Below are positions 25,486 to 37,737 of a stretch of DNA of 64,000 nucleotides, piece by piece. Origin of the DNA: Octopus sinensis (taxonomy: Eukaryota); assembly GCF_006345805.1 (NCBI RefSeq), contig NC_043001.1:72602001-72666000 (forward strand). Reading direction: 5' to 3'. The notes beneath the pieces were generated by a model. It was not told the origin of the DNA. It was given only the letters and a program-made list of their open reading frames with translations, and did no database searches. Both the position numbers and the translations under genes were made by a program. Within the stretch, counting starts at the first letter, position 1; each line of letters starts with the position of its first letter.

Positions 25486-27302
25486 CTCCCAACCATCTCA
25501 AGCAGGTGACGAAAAAGGCAGTACTTGAATTCAAACAGCGCATAGCAACCAACCCTGACAGCAAAGTGTTCTGGAAGTATGTACATTCAAAACAGAGACC
25601 TCACTCTCCAGTTGGCCCCCTTCGCAATCCCACACAGGCCAGATTACTGACAATCCCAAAGATTGTGTAGAAATCATTGCTGGATTCTATGCAGGCATCT
25701 TTACTGTCGAAGATCAAAATGTTCCATCTCCATCACCTCTGACATTGGACTCTATAACTACTATGAAATTTACACCAGCAATGCTACAACGCCACCTTAA
25801 GAATAAACGTAACTATGCCTCTCCTGGTCTCGATGGTGTTTCATACCTACCTCTCAAACGCGGTGGGTACTTTCTTCTAAACCAGCTTTCACTATTCTTT
25901 CAATTCTGTCTTGACAATGGTGTTACTCCAGAGCAGTGGAAAACTGACAGTGCTATCCCTCTGTCCAAAAAAGCTGATCGCACATCGCCTGTCAACTATC
26001 GCCCCGTCAGTCTTACTAGCTGTTTCGTTAAACTGATGGAATCCTGTGTCAGAGAAACCCTCTGGAACTTCTGGAAGTTTCACAGCCTCATCCAGCCGTC
26101 ACAATTTGGTTTTATTCCTAATTCCAGCTGCTGTAATCAACTCATCGAGTTTCTTGAGGACATTACCCGAATCACTGATGGCGGCTCCTGGGTGGATGCT
26201 GTTTACCTGGACTTTGCTAAGGTTTTTAATTCTGTGCTACACAAAAGACTTCTGGTGAAACTCCCTGCAATAGGTGTAAGAGATGATCTCTATAACTGGT
26301 TGAAGTCCTTCATTATCGGCCAAAGAGAAGTTGTCACAGTTCTAGGACAGCACTCTTCACCCTATGAGATGACATCTGGTGTACCACATGGATCTGTTCT
26401 TGGCCCCCTTTTATTTGTTGCATATGTTAATGATATAGATGCCAACTTAAAGAATGCCACAGTGCTAAAATATGCAGATGACATCAAGCTGTACCGCGAA
26501 ATAAAGAGGACAGATCCTGTACACTATAGATCTTTATTGCAATCAGACCTGGACTCAATACAGCAGTGGATTATGGACTGGCAACTCAAGCTGGCTGTGG
26601 ACAAATGTACCACCATGCATTTTGGAAGGGAAAACCCAGCGTCTACTTACTCCCTCCACAACACTAATCTTTAAAAGTCCTTGTGAACGTGATCTGGGCA
26701 GTATTGTCGACAGCAATTTGCGTTGGGCAAAACATATTATAAATACATATATATATTATATATATACACATATATGTATATATATATATACATATGTGTG
26801 TGTGTGTGGGGGGGATGTTTGTAAACATGGCCACAGGTGTTAAACAGGTGGAGTTTGAAAAGGTGCTCAGAGTTATTGTTAGTAAGATGGTTAATAATTT
26901 TATGGGATACATTGAAACTCCAACGTCTGGCAACTGACTTGGCAGACACCCATAAAATTATTAACCATCTTACTAACAATAACTCTGATCACCTTTTCAA
27001 AGTCAGAAAACAGTACAGCTCCCATGACTTTCGGAAATATTTTTTCACGCTAAGAGTTGCTGAAGCATGGAACAAATTGCCGGCATCAGTTGTTAGTTGT
27101 CGGAGCACTGCATCCTTCAAAACTTCCAAGCTTCCTGAGATTCGTCAACACTACACCTGATTTTCTCCCCTCCATACACACGCAAGCATGTATCTGACTC
27201 ATACACTGTTCACTTCCCACACATTTGTACATTACTACATATGCTTAATACGCACTTTTGACAAGTTGTGGTGCACCTGAGCACTGTATACAATAATTTC
27301 AT

Positions 27303-27305
<3 letters not shown>
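25486..27305 (+). mobile_element. CR1-group LINE, 5'-truncated, with internal microsatellite and inversion
   Basis: RT ORF 25745-26674; C-terminal FRKYFFTLRVAEAWNKLPASVV; 3' UTR ending caataatttcattatta. Confidence 0.9.
25745..26674 (+). CDS. Reverse transcriptase domain of the CR1-group LINE (309 aa, partial)
   Basis: SPGLDG, NYRPVSLTS, QFGF, YLDFAKVFNSV, SGVPHGSVLGPLLF, KYADD. Confidence 0.85.
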   Translation: MDSITTMKFTPAMLQRHLKNKRNYASPGLDGVSYLPLKRGGYFLLNQLSLFFQFCLDNGVTPEQWKTDSAIPLSKKADRTSPVNYRPVSLTSCFVKLMESCVRETLWNFWKFHSLIQPSQFGFIPNSSCCNQLIEFLEDITRITDGGSWVDAVYLDFAKVFNSVLHKRLLVKLPAIGVRDDLYNWLKSFIIGQREVVTVLGQHSSPYEMTSGVPHGSVLGPLLFVAYVNDIDANLKNATVLKYADDIKLYREIKRTDPVHYRSLLQSDLDSIQQWIMDWQLKLAVDKCTTMHFGRENPASTYSLHNTNL

Positions 27306-27347
<42 letters not shown>

Positions 27348-27655
27348 ATATATATATAAGCAATAAGGGTTTAGCAACGAGTTGCCTTACCACATACCGA
27401 ATTTAGAAATAGCAGTCAAAGGGTTATAGCTATTTCTTCTGTTGCCAAACCCTTATTGCTTAGTATTACTTAAATTTTCCTCGAATGAGGCTTTTACATG
27501 CCGAAGACTACTTGGTGTAATTGATAATTTTTCCAAATTAATTAATTTCACCCTTCATTATTACGGATAACTATATATATATATATATATATATATAAAC
27601 ATACATATGTATGTAGATTCACAGACGAACAACACCCACCCATACATACACACAC

Positions 27656-27693
<38 letters not shown>

Positions 27694-28000
27694 GTGTATA
27701 TATATAATATATATATGTATTTATAATATATATATAAATATATATATATGTGTGTGTGTGTTTGAACATTGAATTATATGGAACGAATGGGAGAAGAGTG
27801 CTCAATACGTGTCATAGAGTAGATAACTTATTGAAACTGAATTTTTACCACGCGAATCGAGTTTCTCGCTTAAATATTGCAGTGGCATCTCTTGAAACTA
27901 GAGATAAGCATTCACTTTCAATAAGCTACATGCAGTGTGTGTGTGAGAGAGAGAGAGAGGGAAAGAGGAAGAAAAAGAGAGAGTGTGTTTGTGTGTGTGT

Positions 28001-28170
28001 AGGTGCATAGCTTAGAGGTTATGTTATAGGTTTCACTGTCATATATCGAACGTTCAATTCCTAAACCGAGCGTCGGCGTGTTTTGTCCTTGAGCAAGGTA
28101 CTTCATTTCACGTTGCTCCAATCTACTCAGCTATAAAGGCATACCACCCAGCTGTTGGTGCATCTCTATC
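28001..28170 (+). mobile_element. Degenerate SINE related to 24362-24620
   Basis: gcttagaggtt..gttcaattcc..tgtccttgagcaaggtacttcatttcacgttgctcca..actcagct. Confidence 0.6.
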
Positions 28171-28398
28171 TCTGTCTCTGTCTCTCTCTTTCTCCCCATC
28201 TCTCTCTCACTTCTCTCTCCCTCTCACACCCACATCTGTCACGTTCTGGTCATTCCACTAGGTCATAGTTGGAAGAGCTTAGTGGGGGGGGGGGTCTATG
28301 TCCTCTCACATCTACACAGGCACCTAAAACAATTAGTGAAAGCATGTTTTATGTCATACTGTATGGCCATACTCTAGTATGTCATATTTGTTCGTGTA

Positions 28399-28430
<32 letters not shown>

Positions 28431-28689
28431 GCATATATGCATTCATATCCCCTACACACAAACACACATACAAAAACACACATACACACACACATAATTT
28501 ATATGTATACAAACAGTTATAAGTGTGTATAGCTATATTTGTGTATAACAGTCTAATACATACTGCAAAAGCAATAACCTGTTGCATTCAGCGAGTTTTG
28601 TGATATGTTTTTGTCATATTTTTGCCTATTTATTCATTCAATTCTATAGATGTTCCTTACAGATCTTTGATAAGCTAAACAATAGTACA

Positions 28690-29885
28690 ACCATTATTTG
28701 AAACCTCTGATATGTGGCATTTGGTGAATGGGGGGGGGTGCCGCTGGTCTCATCTGTGTTTCCTGCCGTGAGGTAGGCTCATTTGGAACCCTTGACAGGA
28801 GGAGATCCAGTTTTGTGTTGAAGACACCTACAGCCACACCATGCAGGTCTCCCGGGCATTTTGGAAAGATATTGAAGACCTGTGGGCCCTTGAAACCCAA
28901 GCTGTTGTAGTATCTGGTCCTGTATAATGATGGGGATGTTGGGATCTTTGGCACTATGCAGTGGTGCCCCGTTCTGCTGTTTGTGTAACTTTCAATGCCA
29001 AAGGTTGGTACAAGGTCTTCCAGGATTTTCCAGATGTATATCACTGCATATCTTTCCCGCCTTCGTTCCAAGGAGAATAGTTTTAATTCTTTCAGTCTTT
29101 CCCAGTAGCTGATACGTTGTATTGAGACGATTTTCTTAGTGTAGCTTTGTTGGATTGCTTTGAGTTACGCCATTAATTTTATATTGTGTGGTGACCATAG
29201 TTGGGAGCAGTAGTCCAAGCGGCTGAGGACTTATGCCCTCCAAAGGACCATCATTGTCTCCTTTTCTCTCGTTTTGAAAGTTCGAAGGATCCATCTAGCT
29301 AGCGTCTACATTTTATGACCAAATTGGTAATATGCACTTGGAAAGACGCATCATTGCTCATGTCAATGCTCAGATCATGCACTGATTTTAATTCAGAGAT
29401 TGCAATTCCTCCAGGGCCAGTGTATCCTGTCGGCATGATGTTCAGCTTTGTGTGCTGTTGGCGCAGGGCTTGGAATTTTCCTGTATTAAACTACATGTTG
29501 TCCTCAGCCCACCTGTATATTGCGTCCAACTCCCGTTGCAGATGTGCAATATTTCCAGGATTTTGTACTGTCTGAAAGACTTTTGTGTCATCTGCATAGC
29601 TAGCAAGGGTGGCTATCTGAGCAACTGAGAGCATGTCTGAGAGGGCCACTATGAATGGCAGTGGACCTAAGACAGTGCCCTGTGTAACACCACTTGCTAT
29701 TTGTGTTTTCATGGTGGTGGCTCCGTTCGCCACCACTGCCTGACGTCTGTCTTTTAGAAAGTCGTGCAGCCACTCTCCAAGTTTTCCGACTATGCCGAGA
29801 TCACCCAGATTGTGACATATCTCACCATGTTCGACTTTATCAAAGATTTTTGCAAAGTCGAGATATATAGCTGTTTTAACACCCA
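28690..29885 (-). mobile_element. CR1/L2-group LINE, RT to C-terminus, decayed
   Basis: YLDFAKIFDKVEHG, SGVTQGTVLGPL, SYADDTKV, ERRRERYAVIYIWKILE, GPQVFNIFP. The 5' end abuts (ATAC)n. Confidence 0.85.
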
Positions 29886-30007
29886 TATATACACATCCAT
29901 ACGTACATACATACATACATACATACATACATACATACATACATACATACATACATACATACATACGTACGTACGTACATACATACATACATACATACAT
30001 ACATACA

Positions 30008-30038
<31 letters not shown>

Positions 30039-30298
30039 TACAAACAAATTAACAGGGTGTAATTTAACTATCATACGCGAGTATATGCGTTTATGTATGT
30101 GCATGATCTGTGTAGATGTGTGTTTCAGTAAGCCCGAGTGTCCGTGTTTCTAGTTAAGATCTAAGCTGTCGTGTATTTTATGTCTGTTGTATCTCGACAA
30201 ATACAGATAGAAAATCCAAAAGTGCTGATTAACAAAATTCTTGAAAGCGGAGCCATAGCATGGCCGCTATTCAGTTCCTGAACTCCCCTCAGTGCAAA

Positions 30299-30413
<115 letters not shown>

Positions 30414-30699
30414 TTTGCACTGCATGACGTTCGTTTAATTGGTTGCATTGATAGGGAGAGGGTGGAAGAGGGAGACAGCATGTTGATGTATATACTGATT
30501 GAAAAGCACAAATAAGTATGTCATGCACTTGTATACACACACACTATTTAATCCATAATCGTTAGTCTTCAAAATATATTCCGTTTTACTCATTGCTCAT
30601 CGGGAACTACATGATCCCGACGAGCCATACGTGAAACAGACTATATTTTGTTGAGCTAACGGTTATTGCTTAAATATTTTATATATTCTCAGACTTGTC

Positions 30700-31790
30700 A
30701 TGCAGTTCTAAGTGGCCGGACATAACTTCTTTTTGAACTTGTCGCCGCCCGGAATATGATAATATATCACATAACAACCTCTCGTAATACTACGTCGATG
30801 CCTCTTTCATTTCAGTGTCATTAAGATAGTATTTCGTTATTATCCCGTACTCCTGCTTCTCCTTTTGTTAAGTACATTTGATGTCTAACTTCTCTTCTAA
30901 CTACTTGGTATAATCCACTGGTGTCTTCTTTCTTCCATTCTTTTCATGCTAATCACTTTACCCATAGTCTCTATCTATACTACTATTCCATTACTATGAC
31001 ACTTTCCGTCTGATCGGAACTGTGTCCTGGCCACAGATGTGATCTGTACTTTATATCAATTTGTTCCATAGGAACTCTTAATTGTCTTCTATGTCTCTAT
31101 CTCCACCTTCTTTTCAGTTTTTCAGCAAATACTTCTCTGAATTTCTTCCAACTATTTTTCAGGTTTCTCTATCTCCTGCCTCTTACTCTAAAAACACGAT
31201 TCACTAACACGCCCTGGGTGGTACATTCTTCATCGTGGAAAGACTTAGCGTTCACAATTATCTGGCTATCCTATTTCCGAGATAAAACGAAGTATATTTG
31301 GCCAGTGTGTTCATTTGATTGGCATATGACTAAGTAGCTAAGTTAGTACAGGGTGTGACAGTAAAAGCACCCATATTTTTCATGGTTATTGATGTGATGC
31401 CAGTAAAGTTAAGCATGTGATAATGGTGTTTACAATTAGCTAATGTTTTACGTTTTTTTCTTTAAAACCATTATAGTTTGAACGATGCACAGTGTGAATT
31501 TGCTACTAAAAAAAGTTAATCAAGAATGGTGAATCTGAGTGTCTTTTGCGGCACTCTGTAGAAGAAAAAGTGTAGCAAATTATCAGGTCATTTATTGTCA
31601 CAGAACCCTTTGAGCCTTGATCAGCCTTCGTCTCGCGAACTAAAGCCATAACCTCTATGCGAACCATTGATTCTATCATTTCCAACATATCCGATGAAGC
31701 CCTCAGCAATAGTGATGAGGTGATTGTCATTCGTCAATGAAGCTCTCGTAGAATCGGCCCTTCTCTTCGTCAGCCCGTCCAAACTGGCAT
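30700..31790 (-). mobile_element. Highly decayed RTE LINE: APE endonuclease and linker
   Basis: 31540-31790: IAEGFIGYVGNDRINGSHRGYGFSSRDEG*SRLKGFCD, matching the GDFNGHVG..HGG.G.G.RN.EG..LL.FC consensus. Linker-like sequence at 30700-30960. Confidence 0.55.
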
Positions 31791-31907
31791 GTGTGTGTGT
31801 GTGTGTGTGTGTGTGTTTATGTGTGTATGTGTGTGCGCACACGTGTTTTCTTATCTGGACCTTTTTTTAACCATCTTCCTCACATACTTTTCTCCTCTTT
31901 CGCCCTG

Positions 31908-31961
<54 letters not shown>

Positions 31962-32969
31962 CACTACTATCACCCCCCAACCACCACCACAGTTGCCATT
32001 TTCTCTTTTCACTCGCTAGTTCTCTCTACGTCTTCACTTTTATACTCCTCTTTCCGTATTTTCTTCTATGTCCTTTTCACACCTTATCACCTCCCCCAAT
32101 CGTTTCCCCACTTTTCTTTACCTATCTCTCCCTCTCCCTCCCATCCCTCTCTGTCTCTCTCTAACTACTCTGTCTACATCTACTGTCTACTACTCACTCC
32201 TCTCTCTTCTTCCTACACATTCTCTCTGCTTTTCTCTTCCCAACTCCTCTCTCTATATCCCTCTGTCCATATCTACTAACTGTCACTCCCACTCCAAACT
32301 ACTTCATCATTCTCCTGTTTTCTTCCCCTCCTGTCTCCCCCTCTCTTTCTACCCTCTCTCTTCCTCTGTCTCTCCTTCACATATTTTCACTCCCACTCTC
32401 TCAACGCAACGAACAATCTCTAGTAATTTTTCTTTCTCCCTTCCTATATTTCTCCCCACCTTATTGTTCATATTTGCATCCCCTCCTCCTCCTCCTCCTC
32501 CTCCCCCTTCTCCTCCCCCTCCTCCGCCGCCGCCTCCTCCACCACCACCACCCGGTTCTTCCTTTTCTCTAACCCTCCTACTATCTCATATCTCTACCTC
32601 TGTCTCATTATTTCTTCAATCGATACAAATATCCAATTCTTAGATGTTTTTATTGCCTGCTTATCAATAAATTTATCTCTGATACATTTCATTCCCAGAT
32701 AAAACACGGAATTCAATTCCGGATTACGTTTTATTCAAACTAAGTAAGCAGAAGCAAACAGTGGAGCTCAAACGTTCCTTGTCGTAAAGATAAATAGATT
32801 TTCGTTTAAAGTTTTTGAAAATGATACTAGATGTTGGCCGGTCTTCAATTTATAAACAGCCAAACATATTTGAAACACTTGAATAACCTCAAACTTTCTG
32901 TCTCTCGACCTAGATATCGTTGTCTCTAGTCAGTTAGTTTGGAAGATACATTTTAATGAAGATATAATA

Positions 32970-33122
32970 CAGCGGCGCAAGCTTGGCTGTATGGTTAAGA
33001 CGTGGTTTCAGGTTCAGTCCCAATGCGGAACACCATGGGCAAATGTCTTCTACTGTATCTCGGAATCGACCAATGCTTCTGAACTGATTTAATAGATGGA
33101 AATTGAGAGAAGTCTGTCGTGT
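32970..33122 (+). mobile_element. Family-A SINE head and core, diverged
   Basis: ggctgtatggttaag..caggttcagtccc..gggcaaatgtcttctact. Confidence 0.7.
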
Positions 33123-33260
33123 ATATGTATGTATATCTTTTACTTGTTTCAATTATTAGATTGCAGCCAAGCTGGGGCACTGCGTTGAAGAATTTTTTCT
33201 TAGTCGAATGCATCGACTCCCGTACTTTGGTCGTTGGAGAGAAGACGCAAAACATAAGCA

Positions 33261-33348
<88 letters not shown>

Positions 33349-33399
33349 GTGTATGTATGTATGATGTATGTAGTAAGTATATGTACATATATGTATATA

Positions 33400-33944
33400 C
33401 GAGGGTGAGTCAAAATGTAATGCCATTTTGTTTAGGACAGGTATAATTTCCAACACAGGAACATGTATCATACATCAAAATGAAGCTGGTCCTCTGTGGA
33501 TCACATCCCTACTTCTCAGCATAGTCACCGTTTCTCTCAATAGCAATGTTCCACCTTCGAATGAGATTATGTATCCCTGACCCGTAAAATTCTTTGAGCC
33601 ACTTCTTCACTACAGTTTTCACTTCCTCGTCACTGGAATAATGTTTGCCTCTCAAACCCTCTTTCGTGGCGCCGAAGAGATGATAGTCTGAAGGCGATGA
33701 TAGTCTGGTGAGAGTAGAGGTAGTGAAGAAGTGGCTCAAAGAACAGACAGCAGAATTTTACGGGACAGAGACACATGCTCTCATTCGAAGGTGAAACTTG
33801 CTATTGAGAGAAACGGTGACTATGTTGAGAAGTAGGGATGGGATCCACAGAGGACCAGCTTCATTTTGATGTATGATACATATTCCTGTGCTGGTAATTA
33901 TACCTGTCCTAAACAAAATGGCATTACTTTTTGACTCACCCTCG
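33400..33944. mobile_element. Mariner-derived palindromic element made of two 3' ends joined head-to-head
   Basis: TA|CGAGGGTGAGTCAAAA ... TTTTGACTCACCCTCG|TA. The left arm encodes SPSDYHLFG..EEVKTVVKKWL..GDYAEK on minus; the right arm encodes VVKKWLKEQTAEFY on plus. Confidence 0.9.
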
Positions 33945-33999
33945 TATATGTATGTATATGTATATATATACACACATGCACACACACACACACACATAC

Positions 34000-34038
<39 letters not shown>

Positions 34039-34041
34039 GTG

Positions 34042-34089
<48 letters not shown>

Positions 34090-34620
34090 TGTATATATAT
34101 AGTTTAAATTTATAGAAAAACAAAATTCGAAACAGGTGTAGGAAAAATGGAAAACTTATTATGCGTTTCGATCCTACACTCTTCAACGGGAAGGAATAAG
34201 AGGAAATAAATATGTAGCGGACACTCGAGTGAAATCCCCCTCTCTCCTCTATTATATATACGTGCATTCGAAAGTAGCAGGTAACAGCTAGTCGTTAGCC
34301 ACTATTTGGTACCGTTGTCTCAATTACTCTGATTGGTTGGTATTGGCGCAATTTGTCTCTTATTCTGTCACGCCAATTTGCAGCGTACAACCAACCGGAG
34401 CCTCTAAATAAAATCACGTGAGACAGCCTGTTCTCCACCCAGTTTTGAGCCTACAGTTCCTTATAAAAACTCAGCTTCTCCTCGTCTTGAGGTCTTTGGT
34501 TTCAGACCTTTTAAGGTCTAGTCACTGACAACACAAGACACAACCAGTTCCAGCGACAAAACAATAGCAGCTACGTTGAGACTTACCAACTTTGTCCAAC
34601 AGCATTACGGCAATCTCCTT
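34090..34620. mobile_element. Probable PLE-type pLTR remnant
   Basis: Degenerate hammerhead-like minus-strand ttgaagag-tgtaggat-cgaaacgc at about 34160-34190; CCAAT-like and TATA-like boxes at 34330 and 34460. Confidence 0.35.
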
Positions 34621-34678
34621 CTTCGTCGCCACCATCATCTTCTTAACGTCGTCAACATCATCTGTCTGTCTGTCTGTT

Positions 34679-34790
<112 letters not shown>

Positions 34791-35131
34791 CGCAGGCGTG
34801 GCTGTGTAGTAAGAAGCTTGCTTCCCTACCACATGGTCCGGGTTCATCCCCACTGCACGGCACCTTGGGCAAGTATACATGCGCGCGCACACACACGCGT
34901 ATATATGTGTGTGTGTGTGTGAATATTTATATCTATGTGTACATACATACACAGCACTCATATGTGTATATATATATACATAGATATATGCACATATGTA
35001 TGTGTATGTATATTTAACATGTATATATCAAGTTGAAACTGATGAGTATTAAATCCTCAGGGTATATACTTACATACATACATATATATATATATACAAA
35101 TACATATATATATACATACATATATACATAC

Positions 35132-35171
<40 letters not shown>

Positions 35172-35444
35172 GTATACATACATATATATGTATACATACA
35201 TATATATGTATATATACATATGTATACATACATATATATGTATACATACATATATATGTATACATACATATATATGTATACATACATATATGTGTATACA
35301 TACATATATATATACATACATATACATATACATATATATACATATATATATTTTAATCTACGAATAAATGTCTAACATTAATATGTCTTCTGTTATTTCC
35401 TTTAGTTTTTCCTTTCATCTGCATGTTATCTCTGCAGAATTTTA

Positions 35445-35527
<83 letters not shown>

Positions 35528-35627
35528 ATACACACACATGACACACACACACTCATACGCCACACTCACACACATACATACTTATATACTTGTTTGAATA
35601 CACATATACATGCTTATATATATATAT

Positions 35628-35665
<38 letters not shown>

Positions 35666-36053
35666 TTGCAGTGATTGAAATGGAAAGGTACACAGTGGCT
35701 AAAGCGTATAGGTGTGGGGTGGGGAGAGAAAGCATAAAGGGTGATAAAATAAATAATTTCTATGAACCTCTTTCATTTGTTCCAGATACTTTAAACGTTT
35801 GCTTCATTTCTGATGTTTTTTATGCCTAAGGATGGACATTGATGTATGTGAGTATTTTGTTTTTCTTTTCAAACGTAATTCTAGAGAACTGCAAAGACAA
35901 ATTTACTGTTATTTTGGCCTACTTATTTTGCCCAACCTAAATTTGTCTTTTGTGCGCTCAAAGAGAACGGAGATAATTTTCTGAAATAGTGTTCTGAACA
36001 TCATTTACTTTATTTATATTGGACGGGTGTGTTGTTCATCTTGTTTGTTGTTA

Positions 36054-36097
36054 CCACAATGTTTCGGCTGATTTACTCTCCAGCCTTCATCAGGTGT
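36054..36097 (-). ncRNA. Minimal type-I hammerhead ribozyme motif in the 3' pLTR
   Basis: Minus strand: acac-CTGATGA-a-GGCTG-gagagtaaat-CAGCC-GAAA-catt-gtgg. Confidence 0.75.
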
Positions 36098-36279
36098 CTG
36101 AGCAGAATTTTGAGCCCAACCCTGGGTTCTAATTCCTAAGGTATTTTTTTTGCTGATGTTGTAGTTATTATTACTATTATTATTATTATTAATATCATTA
36201 TTATTGTTAATGTCATTATTATTATCATCATCATTATCATCATTATTATTATTAATATCATCATTATTATTTATTCAAA

Positions 36280-36349
36280 GCACTACTTGTAATTGAACTT
36301 GGAATCTTGGGGCTAGTAGCCCGCGCTCTTAACCATTACGCTATATGCC
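36280..36349 (-). promoter_or_regulatory. tRNA-like sequence with Pol III A box and degenerate B box
   Basis: Minus strand GGCATATAGCGTAATGGTTAAGAGCGCGGGCTACTAGCCCCAAGATTCCAAGTTCAATTAC. A box TAGCGTAATGG; anticodon-like arm GGG-CTACTAG-CCC. Confidence 0.6.
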
Positions 36350-37384
36350 AGTGGGCAATTATAGAGTATTTTCCAGTGGTGTTCACTGTCTATTATTTTA
36401 ACTTCATCCCACAGGGGGAGGTGGTCTCCGCTTTTCCATACATGATTAGCTATACCCGATTTTTCAACATCTCGTGTCACAGCTTTACGATGTTCATCTA
36501 CCCGTTTTTTGAGTGGGCGGCATGTTTCGCCTTTGTATAACCTACCATAACTACATGGGGTGCCGTACACGCAGTGTTTGGTCATATTCTCTTCTATTGG
36601 TGATTTTACTCGCAGATATTTGCGAAGTGTTGTATTACTCTTGAACATATGAACCGCATATCTTTTGTATGTTTTCCGAGAGGCCTTTCACTTAAGGTAG
36701 ACAGACTGTGGACAGTTTATGGGTTTCATCCTCTCTCCTCTTCTTAATTGGAGTGGATAGCATGTTTTTGAGGTAGTTGTTGCTTAATAGATTGATGGTT
36801 GTCACAAAGTTGAGACGCTTGTTTAGTACTGCTTCTTCAGAGTTTTCCAGATGTCGGCTACTTACGTTAATTACTGCTTTTACAAGTGGGTGACTTCTTA
36901 ATCTGGCGAGTCTTCACATTCTCAAATTCTTTCTTGTACGATTTTTCTAGATCGTGTTGGATTCTCTTTCTAATCATCATCCCTGGTTATTCTCCAAAGT
37001 AATGAAGATAAACTGTCTCTGATTTCGTTATTTAGTTGATGTTTTTTTCCAATGGTTATAATAGATCCTCTCACGGACGAGGACGTGCCCTGCCCTGTCC
37101 GCTACTCTTCGAGCTTTATTTGAATCCACTGCTGTCATTACATTCAAGCATGCGGGTATTAGCTTTGAGTCTCTACATCTACACAGGAAGGTTAGATGAT
37201 TTGAAAGACGAGCTAGTTTCTGATGGTGTTTCTCTATATGTCTCCATTGAAGTCTAATGTCGGCTCCGTACCGATTAGATAATACTGTTCTGTATTTTAG
37301 AGATGAGGAATCCTGAACATTATTTTCATTATTCATATTGGACGGATATGTTTCCTCATCTTATAGAATCAAAATTCTACCAGG

Positions 37385-37430
37385 ACCCCTGATGAAGGCT
37401 GGAGAGTAAATCAGCCGAAACGTTGAGGTA
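37385..37430 (+). ncRNA. Minimal type-I hammerhead ribozyme motif in the inverted 5' pLTR
   Basis: CTGATGA (37389-37395)-a-GGCTG-gagagtaaat-CAGCC-GAAA-CGTT with palindromic AACGTT; stem I degenerate. Confidence 0.75.
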
Positions 37431-37737
37431 ACAACAAACAAGATGAGGACACATATCTGTCCAATCTAAATAATATAAATAATGTACAGAATTCCTCATG
37501 TCTAAAGTATAGAATAGTGTTCTGAATATGTTGTAGAGTTTGTGACTCATTTAGAGAAGCTTAGTTGTTTAGCTGATATAGTTTTTGTAAGGTAATAAAC
37601 ATTTGTTTAACATTTCTTTTCTCAAATTCAAAAGTGCAATAAATATTACTTATTGTGCCCCACATCCTTACCTGCTCTCAATTTTCAGGGTTTTCGGTTG
37701 TGTCAGTGTCAACAGATAGAGATGTGCATTATTCTTT

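Larger units (their letters stand above)
35985..37530 (-). mobile_element. Penelope-like element derivative: N-terminus fused to linker plus GIY-YIG endonuclease, RT absent, inverted 5' pLTR
   Basis: KLARLSNHLTFLCRCRDSKLIPACL (37028-37336); VINVSSRHLENSEEAVLNKRLNFVTT|INLLSNNY..VCLP*VKGLSE; CVYGTPCSYGRLYKGETCRPLKKRVDEHRK (36313-36648); pLTR copies at both ends. Confidence 0.85.
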
